Below are positions 1-14,025 of a DNA stretch of 64,000 nucleotides, in pieces; within the stretch, counting starts at the first letter, position 1; every line of letters begins with the position of its first letter. Both the position numbers and the translations under genes were made by a program. The DNA is from Octopus vulgaris (lineage: Eukaryota). The stretch lies in NCBI GenBank assembly GCA_951406725.2, contig OX597823.1, forward strand, positions 103,292,001-103,356,000. The letters are read 5' to 3'. A model generated the notes under the pieces. The model worked only from the letters and a program-made list of their open reading frames with translations. It did no database searches and was not told the DNA's origin.

Positions 1-239
1 TAATGAGGAAGCCCCTTAAGTTCTTTTCATGAAATTTTGTCGCCTTTTTCTATCGCAATTCACTTCATTTTTTTTAGGATAATTTAATTTCACATCTTTT
101 TACAACAGTAAACTGCATCCACATCGTGTTGTTTTTGATGTTTCTTTTTCGATGTTTTGTTGGTTAAATCCTGAAGAAAGTTCGTACATGTTGTGATATC
201 AACTCTTACGCTGTAATCTTCATATGTTGAGACCCCCAA

Positions 240-690
240 AGTCACTCATCAGCAGGAGGTGAATTTAGTCAAGTTTGGATACAGTATTGCTATTCGAATA
301 CTGCATTTCCGAGATTGGTTTATACTACGACAAGAATCAGTTTCAATTGAAGATATCTCCATGATACCCGGTCCTAAGTTTTACATGTGAAGAAGTTTCA
401 TTTTTATGAATAGCGGCTAGATGACCTATGCAGAGGCATGGCGAGAAGAGGATTGTTGCAAAGACATCCTCTTGCTTCAGATTAGTTCTGACCTCAAACG
501 GTAGTGATGCTAATCCTGTTTATAGCAGAACAATCCATGATGTCATGAAGAGAGTGGATGATGGCAAGGAATTTCGGTGGAATGCCAAATTCCTGAAATA
601 TTTTACGACACATGCTGTCAAAAGCTTTGGTTAGGATGTAAAACAAAAAAGATACGGCGGCTTGTTGTTTCATGTCGCTTTCTTGTAGTG
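240..690 (-). pseudogene. Decayed RTE-clade LINE reverse transcriptase fragment
   Basis: Minus-strand frames give LTKAFDSMCRKIFQEFGIPPKFLAIIHSLHD, then after a frameshift PFEVRTNLKQEDVFATILFS. These match the RTE motifs DLTKAFD...GCPPKF and GVKQGCVLAPTLF. A PADE remnant of FADD lies near 250. Confidence 0.7.
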
Positions 691-864
691 GATGGAGAGC
701 AAATAAGCATGTACACTGTGCCACGTCCAGGGTCAAATCCAGGTAAATAATAAATATAAAAAAATCAATACATTTCAGGTAATGAAAAATATTAGTCATA
801 AATATAAAATATATTACAAATATCGGCGCATTGAGTAAATAAGGCATTTCGCAACTCCGTAGTT

Positions 865-962
865 GTAGGCTCAAATTCAATTCACCGCATCTTGGTTCTA
901 GGTTGACTACAGCCTTGTGAGCGAATTTGATTGACAGAAACTATGCAGAAACCCGTCGTAAA

Positions 963-1013
<51 letters not shown>

Positions 1014-1285
1014 AATATACATAAACACACACACATATGATACTCTTATCTATTCAGTTCTTTTTTTCCCTGATTGTGTGTTTCTGTTGGTCTCTCGTCA
1101 CTTGACAACCGGTGTTGGTTTGTTTACATTCTCTTAACTTAGCAGTTCGACAAAAAGATCCGATGGAATAAGTACCAGACATAAAATATATACGGAGGGG
1201 TCAATTTGATAGACTAAAACTTTGAAGGCAGCAGTACCTGAGCATGACCCCAATGACGGAAACTACTAAAAGGGAAAAGAATAAG
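865..1285 (+). mobile_element. Old diverged SINE family B copy
   Basis: Has gccttgtgagcgaattt...gaaacccgtcgta, an internal microsatellite, then cttgacaaccggtgttggtttgtttac...aataagtacca, colinear with the cleaner copies at 2699 and 43652. Confidence 0.6.
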
Positions 1286-1412
1286 TTCGGAGCCAGAACT
1301 TGAACTCAGAATGTATAATTGTTAGTCGTCTAAAATATATTCCTATACTGGTTTCAAATTCTGGCACAAGGGGCCAACATTTTTTGTCTCTTTTTTCCTC
1401 TTTTTTCGTCTC

Positions 1413-1580
1413 CTCTCATTTCGTACTTTTGTTTATAGTTCATTACGCATGACTATGTCTGTCGACGAAAAGTCTGGCGGTAAGAAGTGAAGGGCGAAAA
1501 CAGTTTTCAAATTTCTTCTATTTTTAATTACTTTTTCAAAAATTAGAAAAAATTAATGCGAGTCTAAAGACGACTATTAA
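1413..1580. repeat. Unclassified dispersed repeat, copy 1 (copy 2 at 5970-6143)
   Basis: Both places share ctctcatttcgt...gtctgtcgacgaaaagtc...tttttcaaaaatt...aaagacga(c/t)tatta. Confidence 0.55.
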
Positions 1581-1827
1581 TCTGTGTGTGTGTGTGTGTG
1601 CGTGTCTGTATACACACACACACACACACAAAGTCTTTATGACCGCTCAATATCTGATAAATTGTTTTATAAAAAAGGCTAAAAAACAGAAAGACCCAGA
1701 ATACTCATGGGTTCTTTGAATTTTGTGAGTGGATAAGGGGTTCCCTGAAAACAGTTTTGTTCCTCTTTGCAAATTTTCTCTATGAATCTCTGGACAGAAG
1801 GATCAGCGAAAAGAAAAAGAGAAAGAT

Positions 1828-1894
<67 letters not shown>

Positions 1895-2144
1895 TCTATG
1901 TATATGTCGTATCACCTTCAGAAAGGCACTAGTGCTCCAGAGTCCTTGACCCACTTATGAATATAATAAAATATTGCAAGTCATTTAATCTGTCACTGCT
2001 ACGTCTGCCAATTTAATACTGACTTTATTTGATTGCACACAAAACCAACATGAACAGATGACTGAATCAACCCCACTATATTACTGATATCTTGTATTTG
2101 TCTCGAACCACGGCGTGTTGAAGACTGAAGGGAGCTGAACTTTG

Positions 2145-2285
2145 ATCTTTGAAAGAAGAATAATATATTGATTTCATATTTTGGTACAAGGCCAGCAATT
2201 TTGTGGGGAAGGGGAAAGGCTTCGACCCCAGTACTCAATTGGTTCTTATTTTATTGGCCTCGAGAGGATGAAATGTAAAGTCGGC
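2145..2285 (-). mobile_element. SINE family A, 3' half with short tail
   Basis: Reverse complement has gacttt..tttcatcctctcgaggccaataaaataagaacca...aattgctggccttgtaccaaaat. Confidence 0.6.
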
Positions 2286-2289
2286 AAAA

Positions 2290-2560
2290 ATATATTCAAA
2301 TATCGACAGACATACGTGCATAGCAACACAATATAATTCATATATGGGTCGCTATAATAATTTGTAGTATAAAATATGTACAAATATTCACAGACTTACA
2401 TAGCAACGGGATATATTCCAGATATCGGTGACTATAATAGTAGTATAAGATATACAATCAAATACTGAATGAGGCATAAGTACATAACGACATCATATAG
2501 TTCAGATATTGGTGATTGTATGATGAGAAATGTAAAATATATTTAGATATTGATTACTTA
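2290..2560. repeat. Degenerate tandem repeat, period about 82 bp, about 3 copies
   Basis: catagcaac/cataacgac recurs near 2319, 2400 and 2483, each followed by a diverged atat(t/c/g)gg..ctataat-like block. Confidence 0.45.
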
Positions 2561-2698
2561 TAATTAGATGTGCGATCACAGATGTCTGACTGGTATTTTA
2601 TGTTATCAATGCCGGAAGGATAAAAGTCAAAGATAAACTCGGTAGGATTTGAACACAGGTAAAAGAAGAAGAAACTCAGAGCAAATATTTCAAGGTAT

Positions 2699-2918
2699 TT
2701 ACTCTCTTTACTCTCTACTCTTTTACTTGTTTCAGTCATTTGACTGTGGCCATACTGGAGCACCGCCTTTAGTCGAGTAAATCGACCCCAGGACTTATTC
2801 TTTGTATGCCTAGTACTTATTCTATCTGTCTCTTTTGCTGAACCACTAAGTTACGGGGACGTAAACACACCAGCATCGGTTGTCAAGCGATGTTGTGGGG
2901 ACAAACACAGACACACAA

Positions 2919-2964
<46 letters not shown>

Positions 2965-3136
2965 GTACATATATACGACGGGCTTCTTTCAGTTTTCGTC
3001 TACCAAATCCACTCACAATGCTTTGGTCGGCCCGAGGCTATAGTAGAAGACACTTGCCCATAGTGCCACGCAGTGGGACTGAACCCGGAACCATGTGGTT
3101 GGTAAGCAACTACTTACCACACAGCCATTCCTGCGC
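2699..3136 (-). mobile_element. SINE family B (tRNA-derived, CORE-like), full length
   Basis: Pol III A box tggctgtgtggtaag, B box gggttcagtccc, CORE-like gggcaagtgtctt, internal (TA)/(TG) tract, tail ggcggtgctccagtatggccacagtcaaatgactgaaacaagtaaaagag. Confidence 0.85.
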
Positions 3137-3144
3137 ATTTACCC

Positions 3145-3188
<44 letters not shown>

Positions 3189-3481
3189 GATGGGACACAC
3201 AAACATCCAGTCACTTATTATACATACTCAGATTCGTTGGAAAGGCTATGTTATGAGTATGAGAGATAATGGGAATCCAAAGCAGCTGTTCTACGGTTGA
3301 TCCATCTTCTTGTATAGTCTCTGCATACGAACGCAAGGAATTTATAAATACCTAGACATATAGGAACATATAAATTTCTTTTTTTATATTGGAGGCTTAG
3401 CAGTCTGAAGTGTAAAATACATTAAAAAGATTGATCAGATATATAAAACGGTTTACACATATATATATATATGTATATTAC

Positions 3482-3578
<97 letters not shown>

Positions 3579-4396
3579 GCGTGTAAATGCGTGTAAGTGC
3601 GAGTGTGCCTATATGAACGCATGAGAGTGTATGTATGTACGTACGCGTGCGCGTCGGTTCGTGTACCCAACTACATGCGCCTTTTTCCATATATATCTGT
3701 ATATGTTTACACGTGAGTACGTATGTATGCTTGTATGCGTGTAGCTGCGTATGCGTGCGTATATGTGCGCGTGTATATGGGTGTATGTATCCATGCGGGT
3801 GCGTATGTACACGATGACCATTTAATACGTTACGAAGAAATAGATAAGCTGCTCAACAACTCTAATTTACAATACACTAGGTCCCCCGATTGATTTATGA
3901 CACCCAAGACTTCTACAACCAGAATTTGTCATTTTCCTGACCACCATGTTTGGTCCGTAACTACTATATCCCTTATCCTTCTATTCTTTTACACTTTTTA
4001 TTTTTATTTTTATAACTTTATACCTTTATATTCATTTATATTTTTTAATATTTTTTATATCTCTTTATATCTTTATACTCTACATTTTTATATTTTTCTA
4101 TACTTACACTTTTTATATATTTTTTATCCTTCGTCCTGAATTCTCGCCCCTCCATCTTTATCTCTATTTGCTCTTATTACCAGGTTCCTTCACGTCTGTC
4201 TGTATTTATATATTTATTTATTAATTTATTTATATTACTTCAACATCCAAACTTCCTCATTCTACATTGAGAGAAGAACGAGATGGACGCTTTATTTTTA
4301 TGCTGTTGTCGCATTATGTCGTACGCGAATGAGAGGATTTGCATCCCCAACCAAGAATTTTTGATGTAATACATGTCCTTGTGGAAGTAGTTGTGC

Positions 4397-4474
4397 GCGG
4401 CTGAAGAAGGCCACAGATACACATTATGCATTGTTATAAATCCGTCTAATAAAGGCCCGAAACATATGTACCGC
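4397..4474 (+). ncRNA. Type I hammerhead ribozyme motif in a short unit (about 4240-4508) ending in (TA)n
   Basis: gcgg CTGAAGA aggcc...ggccc GAAA catat GTA ccgc. Stem I gcgg/ccgc, stem II ggcc/ggcc, palindromic stem III acatatgt, GUA site. Confidence 0.8.
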
Positions 4475-4504
4475 TGAATCCTTGGCATCATGTTTTTATT
4501 TTGA

Positions 4505-4574
<70 letters not shown>

Positions 4575-4606
4575 TATGACCCGTCGTTGCCGGGTCATAG
4601 TGCTAG
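4575..4606 (+). mobile_element. Helitron 3' terminus
   Basis: Hairpin tatgacccg-tcgttgc-cgggtcata, followed 3 nt later by CTAG|T. Confidence 0.65.
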
Positions 4607-5689
4607 TGCATATATATATGTGTACATATTACATGTACATCTATATATACACATCTACACATAAAATACAAAATACAAAGTTATATCTTGATATCGCTAG
4701 TGATAACAATACTCAAAATAACAGACTGGAATTGTAGGCCCGTCTCTTGCAATTTCGATCAATTGTATCTTGTCCTCCTTCTTGTATAGAAGTGTGGTTA
4801 CAATCCAGCCTACCTCTACTTCTGGGGGGAAATTTTAAATTTTTATCCGGGACGTCCTACGTCCCAGATATAAAGGTAAAAGTAAAATATTTCCACTTTG
4901 CAAGGTTCGAGTTGACTCGAACCTTGCTTCTAGTGTGGCAAATTTACCGTCTCTGGTTAGATATCTTTCATAGTCGCACCAAGACACTTTTCAATGGTGC
5001 TTTCCACCAGGTGTTCAAATTTATTTTTTCTCTACGTTGTATACTTTATAGACAATAGTCTTTTCTTTAATTTAATTTTTTATTTCGTTTGGTGGTGTTA
5101 TCTTAGATTCACCGTCTTTGTCGGTGATCAATCCGAAATAGGTTTGTATTTCTTCCATTTTAATTTTAATGGGTTCGCGCCTGCCGACGGCTGCAGCGAA
5201 ATTCATTTTTGGACTTTCTTCTATCGAAGTCATTCTAACAAAAATGCTTTCGTGTAAACAGTGAAAATATTGTCAATTTCCCCAAACAGGGATACAATTC
5301 AATTTTTAAACAATAACCAAAGGGGGAGGGTTACGGTTTACAATTATTTAACAAATGCAACACAACAACGCTTCCCTTACGAGGAACCAACAAACGTGAT
5401 AACAATAGTTAAACAGTAATAAATATATACAATAAATATATACAATATTTACGGTGAATCGAAAAGCAGTACGCAGTTAATTTAATTTATTCCCATTCAT
5501 GTGAAACCACTTATTCAAGTTCAAGTCATTGATGCAATTTTATACCAATTGCTATTTTTACTTTTGTTATGTTACGATTATATTATACTTTAGTTTGATT
5601 TTAATTATTACTTACTACATGTAATTCAATTGTTATTATTATCTCTAATTTTTATTATTAAAGTGAAAGTATCTGACATAAAATAGCGA

Positions 5690-5838
5690 AATGTTAAAAA
5701 ATTATTTTGCCGATGACACTCCCCGGACCCTAAGTAAGTCATGTGTAAAATTTGAATGCAATTGGTTGTGTAGTTCTCAAATTTTAGGGAAACACACAGA
5801 CAGACAGACACACATTTTCAGTTTTATATATATAGAGA
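5690..5838 (-). mobile_element. Helitron-like 5' portion
   Basis: A|TCTCTATATATATAAAACTGAAAATGTGTGTCTGTCTG...ccaattgcattcaaattttacac; same start style as the element at 24463. Confidence 0.55.
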
Positions 5839-5969
5839 TTACACATATATAGGTATTATTACACATAATTTCTTTCGTATATTACAAGTAGTTAGTAGTT
5901 AGTAATGTAAAATAGCGTTTAAGAATTATCACGGAATGCGTAAAAATATAAGCAGTTTCTTTTCTCTGC

Positions 5970-6143
5970 TCTCATTTCGTGCTTTTGTTTAGAGTTCATT
6001 AAACACGAAAAAGTCTGTCGACGAAAAGTCGGGGAAAAGAAGGAAAAGGAAAAAAGAAAAGAAGAATCCAAACGTTTCAAAATTCTTTTATTTTTAATTA
6101 TTTTTTCAAAAATTTAATGCGTGTATAAAGACGATTATTACTA
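5970..6143. repeat. Unclassified dispersed repeat, copy 2
   Basis: Aligns by eye with 1413-1580. Confidence 0.55.
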
Positions 6144-6232
6144 TATATATATATATATGTATGTATGTGTGTGTGTGTGTGTGTTCGTGTGTACGTGCAC
6201 GCGCGGATATGCATATATATACATATACCATG

Positions 6233-6284
<52 letters not shown>

Positions 6285-6462
6285 CTTTGACTTTTGCGGA
6301 ATTTGAACCCAGAACGGGAAAAGCATTGTCGTGAATTGTTTACACGGTCATCGATAGCAGTAATTACACCATCGTCGCTTCCAGAATATTGGTTTCTCCA
6401 CAAAAAATTGCAACAAAGTGAGAAACTCATTCTGCAGCTGTAGTCTACTAAATATTCTATTC

Positions 6463-6703
6463 CTCTTGGGGTCGATAAAATAGATACCAGTTGAACACTA
6501 GGGTCGATGTTATCGACTCGCCCCTTCCCCCCCAAATTGCTGGCCTTGTACCAAAATTTGAAATCAATATATTATTCTTCTTTCAAAGTTCAACTCCCTT
6601 CCAAGAGGATGAAAGGCAAAGTCGATCTAGGCGGAATTTGAACTCAGACGTAAAGCTAAGCATTTTGTATGGCGTGCTACCGATTCTGCCAGCTCGCTGC
6701 CCT
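6463..6703. mobile_element. Two SINE family A halves in opposite orientation (3' half plus at 6463-6590, 5' half minus at 6605-6703)
   Basis: ggggtcgataaaatagataccag...short tail on plus; ggatgaaaggcaaagtcga...attctgccagctcgc on minus. Confidence 0.65.
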
Positions 6704-7409
6704 TGAAAGAAATACCACGTATTAATGTGTGTGTGTGTGTGTGTGTGTGTTTGTGTGTGAGTGTGTATCTGTGCGTGCGTAGATAGATAGATAGACTGGG
6801 AAAGAGATAGCTAGACAGATAGACAGATATGTATAGAGAAGCCATAGGGGGGGGGGGGGCAAGTGCACAGAAAGCAAGCGCCCCACCGGGTCCCGATGTT
6901 GCTGTTGCGTGCCCTTAATAAAGAAATTTGTAACTGACAATAAAGAAATTTGTTGCGTGCCCTCACCATTAACCATAGATTTTTACGCCAATATTGGCCC
7001 AGTAAGACCGCCCCGGGATCCACAAGGACTAAAGCTGCTAATCTGATCATCCCCGGAGTCAATGAAAGACGAGTATTATAAATGGGTGGAGATAAGGGTG
7101 GGGAGAGGGGGGGCGGATAGGATAAGAAGGGAAGGATAAGAAGGAGTGGAGAGGAGAAGAAGAGAAAAGGATGCGAGAAGAAAAGGAAGGGGAACGAATG
7201 GCGGAAACAAAGAATTAGCAATTAAATTTAAAAAAAAACGAAATAAAATATCCCCGAAAATCTAATTTGCAGTAAATGGTAGGATGTGTGTGTGTGTGCG
7301 TGTGTTGTGTATGTGTATGTATGTATGTGTGTGTGTGTGCACATATGTATATGACTGTGTCAAGTGATACAAACTTCCGGAAATATCGTCACTTTGCATC
7401 ATACGTAGG

Positions 7410-7920
7410 ACGTGGTGGTGGTGGTATTGTGTGGTAATGATAATGTGGTGTTGACATACGGTGGCAGTGGTAATGGTAGCAGATGAGATGATTGCTACGA
7501 TGGTGGTGGTGGTGACAGTGGTGGAAGTAGCAATGGTTGCAGGTGTAGTAGTAGTTGCCATAATGGTAGCAGTGATAGTGTCAGTGTTGGTAATAGCTGT
7601 ATTAAAGGTAGTGATCGTGGCATTTACAATGGTGATAGTAGTGGTAACAGGGAGTGAATAAGACTGTGTCGGTAGTGGTGATGGTGGTGGCGATGGTAGT
7701 GGTAGTGTGGTGCCATGGTGGTGACGGTGGGGGTGGTGCTGGAGGTTGTGGTGGTAGTGAGATCCAAGACGACGCCAATAACGATAATTAGATGAAGGCA
7801 TGTTGACGATAATGATATGATGATAACGTTGTCAATGATGTTAGTGGTGGTGATAATGATGATAATAATCATAGTTTTATGATAATAATTATAATAATTA
7901 TATGATGATAATAATTATAG
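7410..7920. repeat. Degenerate (GGT/GTA/GAT)n trinucleotide low-complexity tract
   Basis: Direct inspection; explains the Thr/His/Val-rich pseudo-ORFs. Confidence 0.85.
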
Positions 7921-8739
7921 TTTTTGTTGTTGTTTAGTCCTAAATGTACGCCAGTGAAGAGTTGCCGGGCAGATATATGGCATGTAGGAGTGGAAGGTCG
8001 AACGCATTTGTGAGGGAGCCAGAATAGTTGCTAATTCTGACAGATTCAGTGACAGCTCAGAAGCTTTTTCTTTGGCATCTTTCGTTATTGTTTTTGTGGC
8101 TTGTTACTGATGATATTGATGGTAGCAAGTTCTAATTATGTCAGTTTCTCTTTGGCCAAGATATCTGGCCATCAATATATATATATTGATGGTAACTCTC
8201 TTCAGACTGTTTCTAGTTTTAAATCAATGTTTACTCAAAGATCACTTCTTTTTTAAGTGTAAGTAGGGGACATGCCAAAGAGCAATAACCCTGCCATGGT
8301 GGTGAGGGTTACTACGTTTTAATACAACGTATTGTTTATCACTGCATGTCGTAGGATATAGTATGGTCCCTAAATGGGCGTTAGTATGGTAATCTGGAAC
8401 TGTAATCTTGTTGTACCACCACATGGTCCTTGGATGTTTTTAGAAGGCTCCACTCTGTTGTAGACATTCGGATCACATCTCTGGTTTTGAAAAAAACTTC
8501 TTCACATCCTCTTTCTTTGCAGGTCCCAAAGAAAGTCATGGACCATTATCCTCCAATTTTTTTATTTTTATTCATTTATTCCGCTCCTTCCCAGTTAGGA
8601 AGTAACACTTCGATGATACGACGCCATTCAGAGTGGGTTTTTAGAAGCCCTATGCGACATAAATTAAGATTAGTTCACCATTTAGCGAAACACATATTGC
8701 GCTCGCTACATACTGGAAGCGGATCCCAAAGCATGACTG

Positions 8740-9100
8740 GATCTGAAGAGCATAACAAACTAGGGAGGCTGCTTAGTTCCATAATAGTAGGTTATAGTCC
8801 ACTATGTGCTTGTTCCATGTGAGATTCATTTCTCACCCAAAGGAATCTACACCAGGTATTCTTTGGCCACTTAAGCTTTCACCTCCCAGATGGTGTCCAT
8901 ATTAATGCTACCTTCATTGTCTTGTTCTAGTCTATACTGAATGTTTGACCACACCATCTGTGCAACTATGGTCTTATTTCAACGACCAAAGCATTGCAAC
9001 TAGCTTTGCAATGCAGCACCTCATTTGACAATTTGTTGGCCGACTGTATCCGCTGGATAAGTCTGATCAGAGCTGATCTGGGGTTTCAGATAAACAGCAT
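8740..9100 (-). pseudogene. Very decayed RTE-type LINE C-terminal fragment
   Basis: RWCGQ...KVALIWTPSGR*KLKWPKNTW resembles RW.GH...ALTWTP.GKRKRGRPK.TW. Confidence 0.45.
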
Positions 9101-9793
9101 CACAGCAATATGTAGCATTTCACTATATAATGGTTAGCATCAGTCCAGCTATTAAGATCGTGTAATACTGAGGGGACTCTAGGATAACCAAGAAGACATT
9201 GTGGTTGGTATGTGCAGCACCAATAGTAAGTCGCATTCTGTTCAGAGTTTCCTTCCCTGTTTCCGTTACGGCCACTTGTAGAATCTAAAGGCGTTACAAC
9301 ATGTCAGCGAAAGGGCTTCCTAGGCGTTTGCTGGAACTGATAGAAATATATCAGATCTAGGGACTATGCACGAGATTACATCGTTGGCAAGTCTCTCTCT
9401 CAAATCACACCATATAGCATTTGCCCTCTGCAAGGCAAGAGCATATTGTATAATGTCATGTAAGCTAACCTGCCGGAAAAGAGGGACAACCACGCCCAGA
9501 ACGGCTTTGATAGTATAAATGGGTTTAAACAACAAAAACAACATTAAAAAAATGACAACAAGGACAACAATGACAAGATCAAACAACAACGACAACGACA
9601 TCAACAATTGAATATTGGTGACTCCAATGCTTGGAGGACTTTATTAATTAGTAGCATATTAATTAGTAGCATATTAAACACTTGTCTTTAGCGTGATTTC
9701 ATAGTCATTGGTGTTCAAGTGTTGAATTAATCTCCGATACACGATATGGTGTTTGGCAGTATCAATGTTCGCACGCACACACACACACGCACG

Positions 9794-9880
<87 letters not shown>

Positions 9881-10552
9881 AGCACTGTAGCACCAACGTT
9901 CTTCAATGTGAGTGAACGCAGACGTGTATGTGTTTCAACTGTGGTATATTCAAATTTTTTTACGTTAATCCTTAGTTAATCACGGTTTTAAACTTTCAGA
10001 CGATCATTTTCATCTTTTTAGGAAAATTTTAGACTTACTCTGGGTTTAATATTACGAACTTCTTTTCAAAATAAAAAAAAAATTGTACTTTGGCGCAATC
10101 CAAGAATAATATTTTCCCTGTAGTCTTATTCTTCGTGCATTTCTCAAGTAACCAAAGCGCTGTGTACTTTGGGTACATGTAGCTTTATTTTGTATTGTAT
10201 TGAAAGTTTTAGGTTCATCAGGTTGGAGCTTCCACTTTCGGAGATATTTAAACGACAGAGAGTACAAAACCCCGGCCCCGGGGTGGGATGTCTTTCCACC
10301 GATAGGCTTGTTTCAAGCGAACGCCGGTATCCGATTTAGTTTAGTATATTGGAAAGACGTGGAATGAAATACATTGCTGCTGAACAAAATATACTGCTTA
10401 GTCCTGGAGTCAAGCCCACAACCTCACGATCGTAAGCAAAACGTTATAACCACTAAACCACGCTGTTTCACTTTGTTGAAAGTATATAAGATGTATGCAA
10501 TGTCTATCATTGCGATTTTCTGCATGTTATATATATATATATATATATCTTT

Positions 10553-10866
<314 letters not shown>

Positions 10867-11096
10867 ATAGAAATATTAAAATTACTAAGTCTCTCTAAAA
10901 GAGAACAGCGGCAGCGTTCCCGGAAAATAATAGTTATCGCCATACTAATATGGCATTCTTATAAAAATAAGAATAAAGCTGTCCGCTTATTAGCTCCATT
11001 AGGCCATCGCCTTAAGTTAGCTATTTGATACACAAACTGTATCCATATAACCTTCGAACAAGGGAGGTCAGTCGCTCCACACTACTTGACCGGCAG

Positions 11097-11135
11097 CTAC
11101 AGACGCGTTTCGGGGTATTGCCCCTTTTCAATGCA

Positions 11136-11136
<1 letters not shown>
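11097..11136 (-). ncRNA. Minimal hammerhead-like motif (TTGAAAA core) in a unit at 10863-11138 flanked by (TA)n on both sides
   Basis: ctgca TTGAAAA gggg-caata-cccc GAAA cgc GTC tgtag; stem I ctgca/tgtag, palindromic acgcgt. Confidence 0.7.
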
Positions 11137-11178
<42 letters not shown>

Positions 11179-11179
<1 letters not shown>

Positions 11180-12470
11180 GAGGGGCGTTCAATAGGTAAT
11201 GCTCCTGACCCACTTCCCATAGCAATAGAGCAACGAAACTTGGCACAGTCATCAGTCTTTTACTTCATAGGAACCACCCAGAGTTACGCATTTTTTCCAT
11301 CGTTTGATGCAGCTCTGGAGACCGTTTTTGTAGAAGACCCTAGCTTGATCCTCCAACCACGACGTGACTTCAGAAATCAAGGCTGCATCATCTGGGAAAC
11401 GCTTTCCTTTCAAAAACAACTTCATAGCTAGGAAGAGGTGACAATCAGCGGGTGCAAGGTCAGGAGATTAGGGGGGATGGGGGAGAAGTTCATAGCCGCA
11501 CGCCTGTGCTTTTGATCTGGCGACAAGCGAGTTGTGGACCGGAGCGTTGTCCTGCAGGAGGAGGATGCCTTTGCTGATCTTGCCCCGCCTCTTGATTTTG
11601 ATAGCTTCTCTTAATTTCCTCAGAAGTGAAGCATAACAGACTCCTGTAATTGTGGTACCCTTTGCCAGGAAATCTGTCATCACTACTCCGTCCTGGTTCC
11701 AGAAGACTGTGAGCATGACCTTGCCAGCAGAGGGCTGCACCATTGCCTTCTTTGGAGGAGGTGAGTCACGGTGCTTCCACTGCATTGACTGGGCTTTGGT
11801 CTATGGATCATAGTGATGGACCCAGGTTTCATCCTGTGTAATCAGTCTTTTGAAAAATTTTGACTCATCTTCTTGACACATCTCCAAATTCATCCTCGAG
11901 CACTCGACGCGTTCTTGCTTCTGGAAAGGTGTGAGCAACCTGGGAATCCATCTGGCAGACACCTTTTGCATATGCAAATGGTCATGAATGATAGTTTTCA
12001 CAGACCCGGTACTAATCTTGACCTCATGGGCTATTTGACGAATAGTTATGCGTCGATCTTCCAAAATGGCAGCCTCAACTTGACGGACAGATGCCTCATC
12101 AATGGCAGAAGGGGGTGACCAGATCTGGGAGCTGTTTCCACAGAGATCCGACCATGTTTGAATTCACGATGCCAGCGTTTTACAAGGTCATATGATGGGG
12201 CATCATCACCATAAGTTACTTTCATTTCATCAAAAGTCTCCCGTGGTGTGCGTCCTTTCATATACAAAAACCGGATCACTGCTCGACACTCAACAGGCTC
12301 CATTTCACACTTGACTCTGTTCAAACACCTGTAAATCAGAAACCACAATTAGTTCAGAGCTGTAATTTGCGACTTAATCTACAGAGATATAAATAATTGC
12401 TCATGCAGAATTTCAGCAAGATCAAACAATTGCAAGTGGGTCAGGGGCATTACTTATTGAACGTCCCTCG
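11179..12470 (-). mobile_element. Full-length mariner transposon (irritans-like), 1292 bp, inserted in (TA)n
   Basis: 37-bp TIRs cgaggggcgttcaataggtaatgctcctgacccactt with 3 mismatches; TA flanks on both sides. Confidence 0.95.
11252..12303 (-). pseudogene. Mariner DD34D transposase with one frameshift and two in-frame stops
   Basis: MEPVECRAVIRFL..., WIPRLL, TQDETW, QDNAPVH, HPP*SPDLAPAD, ending GGSYEVKD*. Confidence 0.95.
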
Positions 12471-12483
12471 TATATATATACAC

Positions 12484-12629
<146 letters not shown>

Positions 12630-12833
12630 AAGTAGATAAATGAATTATCTTATTACGGATAATTCAAATGATTACCGATACCTGGGTAGCAAAAATCACA
12701 ACAGAAAGAGCACGGTTGAAGTTACGACCATGGGGCATAAAATTCGTGCTTTAGTGCGGAAATTTGAAGTTTTATATATTAAGTATAGGAAAGAATGGAG
12801 CTGAACGAAGATTTAACAAAATTCCTTTATTTT

Positions 12834-12919
12834 ATTTTCGACATATGTTTCGAAGTCTGCAAAGTCCCTAATTCCGATTGAATAAGGAGTTCATTTTGCA
12901 GCTTTCTCTTCAGGAAAAT
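12834..12919 (-). ncRNA. Type I hammerhead ribozyme with extended stem II, in a unit at 12627-12940 between (TA)n tracts
   Basis: attttc CTGAAGA gaaagctgcaaa...tttgcagacttc GAAA catat GTC gaaaat; canonical core and perfect stem I. Confidence 0.85.
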
Positions 12920-12940
12920 CCAGGAACTTAATTCTCCAAC

Positions 12941-13065
<125 letters not shown>

Positions 13066-13068
13066 ATA

Positions 13069-13240
13069 TAGTTAATCCAAACAAGAAAACAAAAAAAACA
13101 CAGCAACACGAGGACGTGGAACAAATAAAGTATTATTGGACGCTCAGGAAAGAAGGGAAGAAGGAGGGTTTAACGTTTCGAGTGGAGCTCTTCGTCGGAA
13201 ACATAGGAGAAGGAAAGATCCCGTGAAGGGAAGACAGAGG

Positions 13241-13288
<48 letters not shown>

Positions 13289-13305
13289 ATCGCTGGCGGT
13301 ACGCA
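13069..13305 (-). mobile_element. Penelope-like pseudo-LTR fragment with minimal hammerhead motif at 13168-13202, split by a (TA)n tract
   Basis: gttt CCGACGA agagc-tcc-actc GAAA c GTT aaac; homologous to 41694-41975 and 45612-45830. Confidence 0.7.
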
Positions 13306-13328
13306 CGAGGTCTATCGGTCTCTTTGCC

Positions 13329-13382
<54 letters not shown>

Positions 13383-13407
13383 CATATATACATACATACA
13401 TACATGC

Positions 13408-13529
<122 letters not shown>

Positions 13530-13540
13530 GATATATATAT

Positions 13541-13720
13541 AGATCCGGTTGTTTTGGCTATGTATTTGTCTGCAATGCTCTTTAGTCGTTCTCAAGGCCC
13601 TTGTTATTACAGGGATTATTTCCGTATCCAATATTCGCAAGCTATTCATCTTTATTTTTAGATCTTTATATTTGGATAACTTCTCAATTCCTTTAGGGTT
13701 ACATTAGCGTGTTATGGAAC
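13541..13720 (-). pseudogene. R4/Dong-type LINE restriction-like endonuclease fragment abutting (TAA)n
   Basis: [32 protein letters not shown] matches EK..KY.DL...W...T..IP...GALG. Confidence 0.7.
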
Positions 13721-13790
<70 letters not shown>

Positions 13791-13795
13791 CCTCA

Positions 13796-13868
<73 letters not shown>

Positions 13869-13876
13869 CCTCATCA

Positions 13877-13940
<64 letters not shown>

Positions 13941-13945
13941 CCTCA

Positions 13946-14022
<77 letters not shown>
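13721..14022. repeat. (TTA)n microsatellite with three repeated tcctcatca interruptions
   Basis: Interruptions near 13790, 13868 and 13940 indicate block duplication. Confidence 0.95.
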
Positions 14023-14025
14023 GTT

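Noticed and set aside
7262-7801. 179-aa Thr/His-rich mucin-like ORF
   Set aside because: Explained by a degenerate trinucleotide tract.
9320-9520. LALQRANA resembling the CRE/NeSL C-terminal motif
   Set aside because: A single short motif with no supporting upstream endonuclease residues.
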